From: Neophaeotheca triangularis
Taxonomy: Eukaryota
Direction: 5' to 3'
Assembly: GCA_054600435.1 (NCBI GenBank)
Contig: BAAIJX010000059.1
Coordinates: forward strand, 1 to 64,000
Length of the DNA: 64,000 nt
Shown here piece by piece: positions 37,766 through 47,883 of the stretch (within the stretch, counting starts at the first letter, position 1; each line of letters starts with the position of its first letter). The position numbers and the translations under genes were made by a program. The notes under the pieces are model-generated. The model was given only the letters and a program-made list of their open reading frames with translations, made no database searches and was not told the origin of the DNA.

Positions 37766-38530
37766 CTAGATGGATAGTAGGTACATCCTCGTCGGTCTTG
37801 CTAGCATGAACCCATTCATAATAGAATTGAACCACCCACCCAACCACCCAAACCCTAGTTGTGGCCCTTCCTCGACGTTATAGCTGACCTTCTTGCCATC
37901 CGCTTCGCCGTCACAACTCGCTTCATACACTAAGAATCCGTCTCGTTTCGTAGCCTTCCACGACTGGCCTAGCATATTACTAACATCCACCTATAGAGCC
38001 TTCGTCGAGAGATCGTCGTATAGAAACCTTACGACCCCGAAAGCAGCTTTATAGTTGCTGAAGTCCTCGGGGAGCATATACTAAAGAGTAACAGTTGATT
38101 TCTTCGTCGTCTCAGGGTCTTCCGAATTTGCTCGGTTAAGGTAGATTGCAATGTCTTTTTTGTCGCACTGCTTACTTTTCCTTGCCCTCTTACGCCCAGG
38201 AGTTGGCTCCTCAATGTCTCGTTTTCGTTTTTCGGCTGGCAACGCGGGCACTCTGACTTTGACCCTCGACTCTGTGTCGAGAATGCAATCTACAGTTCCG
38301 CAATGTATGATCCAAAGTGAATATTCAATAATACCATCAGGCACTTGCTCCATACCACGATAAGCCTTGTGGCTGATTGGAAGAAGTGAACGAAGAATAG
38401 GCATAAATTATAAGCTCTGCCAAAGCTCTATGTAGACGAGGAGACGACCCAGTCCTTTCCGCACGCCAGCGACTACCATGCCGGGGACCCTCGCCCACCT
38501 CTAAAGAACGAAGGGGTTTCCATCCTTTCA
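37766..38530 (-). pseudogene. Interrupted reading frame immediately upstream of RPL5
   Basis: ORFs 38404-38081 and 37990-37766 share one frame and are joined by protein-like sequence through TAG stops. Confidence 0.5.
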
Positions 38531-38717
38531 AATTGTCGTGCATAATGGAAATGCCAATCTCATCATAATGCTCCCATCACGCCTCTCCCTTCCAATGCTG
38601 CCATAGAAGGGAACAAATGACGCCCTTCGCTGTGCAAACCCTCCATCATCCTACCCATCAAAACACACCATGTCCCGTCATCAGCCATACCACCAACGAA
38701 AAACCATCAGTCACCCC

Positions 38718-39362
38718 TCACCTCCCTCCACCGCTCCCCCTCCTCTCCATCCTCCTAGCCTCCTCCCTGATCAAACCCTCCACCAACTCCTTCTCAGCAA
38801 CTCTCGCGCCCTCTTCCCTCCCAACCCCAGCAACCAGATACCCCTGCTCGCCCTCCAGCTCCAACGGCGTGACAACACCCCCGGGACTCCCCAGCGGCGC
38901 TAACCGCGGACTCGTGGGCTTGGCCGTGCATCGATCCCTCACGGCTTGCGCGGCGAGGTTCTCGCGCTGGTGGGCGAAGAGCTGTTTTTGCGCGTCCGAG
39001 TACATTCTATTGTGGCTGCTGCGGGGGGAGTGAGGGGGCTGTGGGGAGGTAGGTGAGGCATTGGTATCGGGTGTTGTGCTCGTGGAGGCGCTGGAGGCGG
39101 TTGCGCTTGTGCTTGTCTGGGTTGAGGGGTAGTTTGCTGGGTGGAAGCGGGGGAGGGATGGGAGGCGCAGGCTGTGGGTTTGGGCGCGGCGGGTTTGGTT
39201 CCCTGCTGCCGTTGTCGGTGGCGCGACTCGCGTTTGCATTGTGCGGGCTGAGGAAGGGGGTTGGAGGTTTTCGAAACGGGAGGGCGTCGTAGGTGTTGTG
39301 TCGAAGCGGGGGGAGAGGGGGCTTGAGGGTCGCATTGCTGGGGAGGAGCGGGGAGATGGCAT
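38718..39362 (-). CDS. Ser/Pro-rich hypothetical protein of a type I recall as conserved in Pezizomycotina
   Basis: LPSLPRFHPANY and KPTSPRLAPLGSPGGVVTPLELE motifs; first ATG at 39362. Confidence 0.72.
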   Translation of the reverse strand: MPSPRSSPAMRPSSPLSPRFDTTPTTPSRFENLQPPSSARTMQTRVAPPTTAAGNQTRRAQTHSLRLPSLPRFHPANYPSTQTSTSATASSASTSTTPDTNASPTSPQPPHSPRSSHNRMYSDAQKQLFAHQRENLAAQAVRDRCTAKPTSPRLAPLGSPGGVVTPLELEGEQGYLVAGVGREEGARVAEKELVEGLIREEARRMERRGSGGGR

Positions 39363-42134
39363 TCTTTGGGGATGCCGGTTGGTGGGTTGGAGGTGGTGGA
39401 GCGAAGAGCGCCCCGGTGATATGCCTCTGGGGGACGCCGTTGTGGGTGTTGAAGTTAGAAGGATAGGCGAGGTGCCTGAGTAAAGTGTGGTGGTGGAGTA
39501 TTTGGAGGTGATGGTTGAAGTCGTTGATTGATTGATCGATTGCGTTCGTGTTTGTTTAGTTGTGGATAACAAAGAAGTCGCGAGATTGAGTATGACGGTC
39601 CAAGAAAGCGAAGGATTTGGTGGAAGGGCGGGCTTCTTCGAGTATCTATGCCTAATGTTCAAGAGACCAAGGGCGTGGCGGTAGTAGTGTGAAAGGGAAG
39701 CAGTAGGCGGAGGGCGATAGTCTGGTTGGCTGTCGAGGACGTGGGCTTTAAGGTACGGTACCCTTTATTAGGCGACCCTTGTTTTGTCTCTCATCAGGGA
39801 CCTGCCTCGTGATACGGATGCAGCCGTCTGCTCCGAGGAGCGAGAAAAGTCGATGTTTGATAGATATTGGTCAGAATTGCATGTACTGTGCCACGTTGTT
39901 TGACAGGTTGTCGATCATCCGTTGACGACCGAGGCGGTAGTAGGAATTTCGCGTCTTTTCGAATAACAATGCCACTTTTCCTCCATGTAAAATCTGAGGA
40001 GGATGAAAAATGGTATCCGAAGTAGGGGCCGAGAGAGCCTAGGTAAGGTAAGGTAAAATGTCAATGCCGTATTGGTAAGATTCAAGGGATCATCCTCGAC
40101 ATCAGCCCATCGCCCGTGGTCTTTGCTCTCACCAAGAGCCCTCAATGTCATCCGGCATCCGGGCGGCACCGGGACCGTTGTCAATGGCCTGCCGTCATTA
40201 TTATCATTATTCAATTGCCAGACCGGGACGTACCCGACCACGCACAATTACCTAAGTTAATATTTTATCTACATGTCGCCTAGCTACTACTGTCATGTAC
40301 TACTGTCCACAGCGCGTTTTGCAAGTTCCCATCTTCGGTATGCCTAATCGAGAATACCATGTACTGTAAAATACCGCCTACAGTTGTTAATCAACAGCAA
40401 GCCGCTAAAAGCCAGAAAAGCCACTCCCGCAACGCCAACACGCCTTGGCATGGTGTAGGCACAGCCTTTCTTCCAACAAGTAACTTTAAAATAATGCACA
40501 GTACCTAGTAAGTTAATAGATGCAGACTTGACTTTTTTGCCCTCTACAGTAAAAACACGCATGCGCAGGCCACGCTAGCCCATCCGCCCATGCACCCATC
40601 CAACCCCCAAGTCTCACATGCGGGGAAAGCCACCAGACAAGGTAAGCTGACTGCGAGACTGCAGAGTCTCTCCAAAGTGCCCAGGGCAGATGACCGGAAG
40701 TAATAAGTAGGTACCTTAGTCACTGTACCGTACCTCCACCCATAGAAGTCTCCTGTGGCTTTTCGCCAGTAGCAGCAGGCCGCCAGATCCAGCACCATCT
40801 GCTCTCGTAAGGCGGCTTTCGCGGCAGAGTCCTCCCACGAGAGCGCAAGCGGCAAGCAAGCCCTCTACTAACCGGGCTGTAAACACTGTATGATGTTGCC
40901 AATAGAAATCTCTCCCACTACGAGGACCTGCTTGTAGCGACCGGGAGAAACCGCGAAGATGCATGCCCGTCCGCAGCGCGCGGCTGCCGTCAGAACTCAA
41001 GCGCATCACTTACGAGCTGCCCTGTTAGTTGTGCCGAGGCGGCTGCGACATGGCCGATGGGGTTACGCAGGCAACAATAACCTTAAAGTAGGTAAAAGAT
41101 AGGACGTCATGTGCGTATGTACGCAAGCGACGTGCGGCATCCATACCGATGCGATGCGGATTCCACAGAATCCCATGGCTGACTGGAACGGCAAAGACGG
41201 GTTCTCGATGATCGGCGGGAGCGAGCAAGCGTGGCGCTGATGCTGTGGCATTGTACTACTACCTTAACTACCGGGATTGGACATGCTGTAGCACAGCACG
41301 CTCTGCTAATACCTACGGCGCGACCAAGACCTCATCGGCGCCAATCGCTGCCTTTCCCTCCGTAGACGGCGGAAGGCAGCTGAAAGCGCAGTCCGTCCGG
41401 GTCTGAGAGCCGAGGACGGCTCAACCGCCCTCTCCCCCGTCCTGTGTCTGGTGCAGAGCCCCAAAGACAAAGCACCAATAGGAGGTAGTCGCAAGCATCC
41501 CGTGCCTTTCGAATCCGTTCAAGCTGCCGGTCGTGCCTTTCGGGGTACGGTGCTGTATATTGCATCAGCCGCCGGAATCACTCACGACAGTCGTTCATTG
41601 ACCCTCTGCCCCAACCACCTCTCGATTCCCGGTACGCAAAACCCCCATCCTGCTCTATCGAAACTCGCACGCGCAGACTACCTATGTGGTTCGTGGCGGG
41701 CACGCGAGCGGCTTGTTGGAGGCTAGACTGTTGGCGAACATTGACGATTCCGGGGATGTGGGCAAGTCATCTACTTTTGCCGGAATCGAGGGCGCGTGGG
41801 ACTCGAGGGTACCGTGGGTGGACGGAATGGTGCTAAGGGTTTGGAAGGTTGGTGGTTGGAGACGGCGGCGGTGGTGGTGAAAATGGGAGAGTGGGTTGTG
41901 CTGTTGAACTGGTAGGGACTGCTTTGGTCTGGGCTGGTGGTAATGGAAAAGCAACAGGGTATTGTGCTGGTTCTTGTAGCTAGGTGGGTGAAGGTTTGCT
42001 TGCGGTAGAGGCTTGAATTGCAGGACGAGCGATGGATTATCATGTAGCACTATCCTCAACGTAACAGGTAAGGCAGATGCGCCCAGCAGAGCGAAAGAGA
42101 CACGCCATCACCCCTTTCCCTTCCTTATCACACC

Positions 42135-43809
42135 TCAGGTCATAACCCTCAAAACGCAAATTCTACCCCCGGCAACAGTTTCATCCCCCGTCCAGCCAAA
42201 GACCAACGTAAGCCTCGCAAAAAGCAAGCGATCCGCCAAATACTTCACCTCCTCACACCCCAGCTCCAACAACCTCCCGGGCTCCCTGCCAAGCAGATCT
42301 CTCCAGGCACGTTTGGACAACAACAACTTCCCCGGCGCCACGCACGCAGTCTCATCCATGATCTGCCCCAGAATAAGCGGGTTGAGCCGTAAGACCACGT
42401 CTTTGCCGCAGCCTTTACACAAGGCGCTGACGGCGTTGGCGAAGACGGGGATGCTGCAGCATTCGGAGGAGAAGAGGCAGCGGCTTTTGTAGAGGGCGTG
42501 GAGGCGGGTTTCCGCTACGATGACGCTGAGGTAGCCTTGGAAAGTTTCTGCGTGAGTTGCGCGCGCGAAGCCGTCAAGGTCTGCGAGCGTGTAGAGGGTA
42601 CGTCGGGGTGAGGTGGTGAGGGCGGCTAGGTCAAAGGTTGCAGGAGGGAAGATGGGGTTGATGCTTTCGCGGCTTTTTTGGCGGAGAGACCATTTTCGGA
42701 GCCAGAGGGTGTCTGGAATGGAGGGGTTGATATCTAAGATGGTTGTTGAGGTTAGGGAGAGGTAGGTGCGGGTGCCGATTTTCGAGCCGGGAGCTTGGAG
42801 GAGGAGAACCGTTTCGCCGGCTTTCCAGGAGTGTCTAGTTGGGACTGGATCGGGGCCTGATGGGGAATTCGGAGTGTCGTCGAGGACCGATCCGCCTTGG
42901 GGTGTGTTTGCTGACGAGCCCCATAAGCCCAGCGTGGCCTCGGCCGTGTCGTCGTGGACATGGATGCTGATATTTTCGACGACGCTTTTGTCCTTGCGCG
43001 TGACTAGACGATTGGTTAGCATGACAAAAGATCCATGTTCTGACGTGACAGACGGCACCTCGCTTCTTGACACCGACCGACTTGACGACAACCAAGATTT
43101 TCGCACCAACCACGTCGAAACCGCCTTCGTTGAAGTTCTGGAGCGTCATAAGACCGCCAAGTGCTTGACCGCTACGAAAGCCCATCGGACGCCTACACAT
43201 GCTGCCATCGTCGCTGTTCTCGTGCACCATGAGATGGCAGCTGCGGTCACGCTCCGGGAAGAGCGAAGTAAAAAGGGGTGCACTCGCACTAGAGAGCGTG
43301 CCGTTTTCGCCGTTGCTGACTACGTTTCGTCAGCGCGGAGTGCTCCAATAGAGATAGCAGTGACACATACCATGCGTCGTCCAGATCGACAACAAAGAAC
43401 CAAGACGCAGATTCGGCAAACGATGAGCATACCAAACCCGCACAGTGATGGCAGCAGTATCATCCTTGACGCATAGTTTGACGCAGCCTTTAGCGCTCCT
43501 GGGGGTCTTGGGAGTGTTCCCAACATCGAAAATGTTCGCAACTCTACCCATGAAAGTTACGGCACGGGGGCCGGGTGTAAGATGGCTGATGTTGCTTTCC
43601 GCGTAGTCGGTCGTGGGAGTCCAGGGCTGAGCTGGCTTGGGCTTGAGAGCGTCGCGGATCTCTTCTTCTGTAAAGCCATCGCCAGGCTGGGAGGGTCTCG
43701 CACTGTGCTGCGGACTGGAGCCTAAGGGTTGCTTTTGTGGCGAGGTCTGCGGTGTGGGTGGGAAGTAGGCTTGTATTGAGCGACTGGTCTCATTTGCCGG
43801 AGCTGGCAT
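42135..43809 (-). CDS. Multi-OB-fold ssDNA-binding protein (RPA1/MEIOB-like); exons 43809-43371, 43319-43059, 43003-42135
   Basis: OB-like segments (VTFMGRVANI..VKDDTAAITVRVW; KILVVVKSVG..VHDDTAEATLGLWG) and a C-terminal CC..CKGC zinc motif followed by IMDETA. Introns are canonical. Confidence 0.8.
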
Positions 43810-44481
43810 GTTGGCTAGATTGAGCGGTGGAGATCAGTAAAACTACAGGGATGCGAGATGGAGAATGGAAGTTGGACTGGAAAAAAGAGAAGAAGGATGC
43901 AATGCTAGATGGAATGTCGTCCGGGTCTGGAGTTACCTCTTTAGGCCAGCACGACTAGGCAGCACTTCCATAACGAAGGAAGGAGCAGAATTTGACCCGC
44001 CGCTTGTTGCGTAAGGATTCTGAGCGGTAGGTATGTACGCGAGCACATGCTGAGATTCAGCCTACATTGGATACCTTACTTAAATGCCTCCCGGTCTGAG
44101 AGGAGCGCGTGAGCTATCTTCATTATGATGCTGCGGTTCTACCTTTGAGCGGTTCGCATGTCCAGCAGAACATTCGTCATCGGCGCTTGTAGTCTTGCGA
44201 ATACACTCAGCGAAGTGTGTATTGTCAAGGACGCCAGCGCCTTTGTCTTGAGCAAGGGTAAGCGGCCTTAAGTGGTTTCAACATCTCAGCCCCCCTTGCA
44301 GACCCTTGCGATCCGTTTCTTTCCCGTAAGAACTGTCATGGATGACCTTCACCTCTTAGATCTGTGTGCTGTCTCCATTATCGCCTTGATTCGCGCATTG
44401 ATGTGGCTTTGCGGAGCATCTCATGAATGATCGTCCCGCCGCGGTTGTGGAAGCTTTCGCAAAGCAGCCCTCGGATCCAAC

Positions 44482-45201
44482 TCACGTGGTCTCTTTCCAC
44501 GCATTGTCCTTCTCCGCCTTTGCCTGAAGAGTCTGCCTAACCCAAGGCGCCGATTCCGCGCTCCCTTCCATAGTCTCATCCTCGGTATCCCTCGCCATAG
44601 CAGCCAGACAGGCCTCTTGCGCCAAACTCTCCACCTGTTCCCACAGAAGGATATCGAACTCCCCCGCAGACTCGTTGAGAAGCAGCTCGCCCAGGTGATT
44701 GTACGCCATGGCATGCACGCTCTTCGCAGCCGCCAAGTTCTTCTCAGAGGGCTGCATCTTTGCGCCCGACCCCGATACCACCGCTCCCAGCGTCGCATTC
44801 ACGGTTGCACTCAAGGGAGCTCCGCTATCTACCAGAGCGAAGAATGCAGCATTGAGCAAAGCCGGCAGCACGGCAACATCCTGCGTCGCCGGCTTTAGTT
44901 TCATCGCCGGCTCTTTGGAAATTTGCAGCGTAACTTGGACGAGTGTGCGAGGGTGGAGGTGCACGAGTATGAAGCTCCTCAGTGTTGCGTGTATGATGCT
45001 TTCGAGCCATCTTTCCCGCGGGCTTCCAACGCCTGAGACGGGGCGGATGTTCACTTCGATGGCCGCTTCTTCGGGCAGCTCGTCGCGGCGCTGGACTTCG
45101 ATCGGACCATTGACTGCTGCCAGGACGGTAAAGAGGTTGTCGGTGAACTTCGCGGAGCCATCGGCGCGGGCTAGAGGGTGATGTATGATTTCTGGCGCCA
45201 T
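44482..45201 (-). CDS. RRP46: Exosome complex RNase PH-like subunit Rrp46
   Basis: LARADGSA, VNGPIEVQRRDELPEEAAIEVNIRP, HPRTLVQVTLQI and ALLNAAFFALVDSG. Confidence 0.92.
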   Translation of the reverse strand: MAPEIIHHPLARADGSAKFTDNLFTVLAAVNGPIEVQRRDELPEEAAIEVNIRPVSGVGSPRERWLESIIHATLRSFILVHLHPRTLVQVTLQISKEPAMKLKPATQDVAVLPALLNAAFFALVDSGAPLSATVNATLGAVVSGSGAKMQPSEKNLAAAKSVHAMAYNHLGELLLNESAGEFDILLWEQVESLAQEACLAAMARDTEDETMEGSAESAPWVRQTLQAKAEKDNAWKETT

Positions 45202-46097
45202 TGTTGGGATGTCGAGGTTGTTCTACCAAAGGTTCATGCAGTTCGCGGTAAACGGAAAAGTTCTAGCGCGCTTTCACGTGATGACGTGACTAGCGCGTTG
45301 ATGTAGGAGGTACCCGAACGTCAATAGTTCAGGTTCGGTTTCCGTCACCTTCAACGACAGAGCACAACTGACTGTATTGCATCCTTTTACTTGAACCCGT
45401 TGTTGTCTCTCGATCGTCATCTAATGCACAGCGGCAGTCTCAGTGCTGCGAAATGCTAATCACCCACGACACCCTTATGTCTTCTAGCTCCTAATCATAT
45501 CGGCCCTCATGAGTTTTTACGCAATCATTTCCTACTGTGTACTTTCAGAGCCTCTCTTGAATACCACGATCTACAGGGCAGCTATTACTCGCACTCTTCG
45601 AGAACCTCATCTTCGGGCGGTTTTATCTATCTTGCTATGCGGTCCTCCTCCTAGCCTCGGTACAGCCTTAAATCGGCAACACACGCTTGATCGCTATGGA
45701 CTGTGACCATGAGCTTAGCAACAGCAGGCTCACCCAGCGATACTTAGCTCTTTGTTATGGTATGATGCAAGTGCAACATCTGCCTTCAAGACGAGAACGA
45801 GATGCCAGTTTTCCGGGGGATGGCGTCTTAGTTGGCTAGCCTCTGGGCAAACCATCACCTTGTCTCTTGGGTTACGCAGAAAAACAGGTCCAGCGAAGAA
45901 TGCAAAAGGGTTCTTCCTTTCAAAAGAGGACCGCATGTGCCATACTGTCAACGACCTGAGAATAAGCAACTGCGTGCTTGCACGACGCTGCCGATAGAAG
46001 ACTCCAATGGTGCTCCACTAACCGAGCCCCAAAAAACGTAAACGGATCCGACTGAAGAAGCTCGGTATCTCCAAGGCCGAGCAGTTAGTTCCATGTG

Positions 46098-46220
46098 AAA
46101 AAAAAAAAAAAGGACCAAAAACCAAAAACCCTTAAGGGAGGGCGGGAAACCAGTAAAGTACCAGCTTTTTCGCATCACATTTTTTTGCAATTCTTTCTTT
46201 CTCTCGCATTAACTTTTCTC
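46098..46220 (+). promoter_or_regulatory. Promoter-like segment: poly(dA), AAACCCT, GGGCGGG, then T/CT-rich tract
   Basis: Motifs read directly. The segment is ~0.9 kb from the RRP46 ATG and ~1.7 kb from the ligase ATG, but adjacent to the structured segment. Confidence 0.45.
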
Positions 46221-46237
46221 GGCCAGGGAACCGCCGC

Positions 46238-47799
46238 GACCACTGCACGACTTTGACGACCAAGGCTACATAACTATCGATACGCTTTGTGCAACGACGG
46301 CCCGCGCGTGGTATGCGCAGACCGAAGGCATAGTTCGACTACGAGGCGTCGAGCGGCACGACCCCTGTAGCTCACATGACGGCCACAATTGTCCGCATTC
46401 CCGGTTAGGGGAGGGAAGGTTTGGGCACAGGTGGGTACGTTTCACCGAACCTGGATGGGTTCGAACACTCGCCCCGGGTGTAATTCCTTTTTGTCTTTCA
46501 TCCAGGCTGGCTCCCAGTTGGGAAGTCAGCTAGGCCAATGCGGGAAACGCCCGGCCGCTGGGCCAGTGGACCACCTGCTGGTAAGGTTGACTGGTTTGCT
46601 GTATTTGATACCTTCGGCCTGGAAGATGCCTCTTTGTTCCTCTGTGCTGCTTTGTCTTGCTACACAGCGTTGATTTGGACAGTTCGGGCCCTCCCTCTTC
46701 TCCTTGCCTTTGCTAACCTTAAGCAGCATCCTCTGATGCCGAGACCGAGCGGAAAACCAGCACTGTCTGTGACAACTTTGGACAGGGCAGATGCCTCGCA
46801 ATGGTCCATGCAATGGTACACGATGTTGTTCCGACGAGGCTAGCCCTACATTGCGCATGGCCTGCGGGCGGCTGCTCTATAGCCACGACGATGGTGCCAC
46901 CGCTCGGAGGGCTTTTTCGGCGCCATAACGAACGTAGTTGCCACTCGCGCACAGGTCTGGCAATGGAATCGCGCGCGGGCAAAGCACACAATCGAACGGC
47001 ATATACCGGCGAGCTGTGTTGGAACACAACGCCGTCAGCTCTCCCGTTTGATGGATATCATGGCACTCCATCTAGTCCATCCAGGCACGAATCACGGACT
47101 GATACTGTCTCTTGCGATCACATCGCCCAGCGCTAAGCCGTTTGTAGTACATGATACGGTTGTCTCGACTGATCACTGTCTCAGGACACCGCGCTGCGAC
47201 GATGAGGAATGGAAAGGGCCTGCGCTGTTCGCAGAAGACCACATTTCGACGGCCGGTAATGAACAGTGCAGTTCCGACCGTACGCAGGCGCTGGCATTAG
47301 TGATCGCATTACAAAGAGACAGTAGTATCCCACAGGACGTCTTCCACCATGTAAGTTATTTGTCTAAGATACTTGGCAGAGGCTCGAAGGAAGTCATTTC
47401 AAAGTTCACGACCTCGCCTAACTTACTGAGGTCCGCCCCGCTTGTCGAAAGTAGTAAGGCTTCTCACTCTCGACGCACGTGCATGTCTTCCCCACAGCAA
47501 CGCCAAACCCCGCCCACCTCACGGCATGGGGAGTTCAGACATCCGAGCTATGCAAGCCTCGCTCAGTCGCACGGCATGCTTCGCCGGTATCTAAAACTAA
47601 GCTCATGCGTGTTCGCTTCGTCAACGTTAGCCGCGGTTCGAATACCCTCGGTACTTTTTGTAGCACGCATGGCGGTAATGGCTTGCAGCCCTCGCGCGCG
47701 GATAGTGGAATAGGTAGGCCTTCTTTGTTCCGTGCCTACTTGACATCTAGGTCCTTCTTCTTCTGTCGCTTTGAGTCGCTGCGAGATAGACAGGTGGTC
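46238..47799 (+). ncRNA. Candidate large structured non-coding RNA (~1.56 kb), family unassigned
   Basis: Many nested helices, 5'/3' end pairing and G-U pairs valid only on the + strand; no credible protein ORF. Confidence 0.65.
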
Positions 47800-47883
47800 A
47801 GGAAATCACAGGAAAGAGCTTGGAATTGGAGGTAGAGAATAGATCAACACGCAGAGCTTCGCCTCAGCCAATCCTACAACAAG

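Noticed and set aside
46413..46425. GGGAAGGTTTGGG resembling RNase P CR-I
   Set aside because: No matching CR-V/P4 partner next to the 3' terminal helix, and the segment is already used in a long stem.
46458..46468. GGTTCGAA (also at 47635, and GGTTCGAT at 7361) as a tRNA T-loop
   Set aside because: The flanks do not form a T-stem or cloverleaf, so no tRNA is called.
47048..47713. 221-codon ORF within the structured segment
   Set aside because: No domain or coding-like composition; better explained by the RNA structure.
46426..47813. CACAGG occurring four times in the large RNA candidate; ACA after hairpins suggesting H/ACA
   Set aside because: Some hexamer recurring this often is expected by chance, and no properly placed H box was found.
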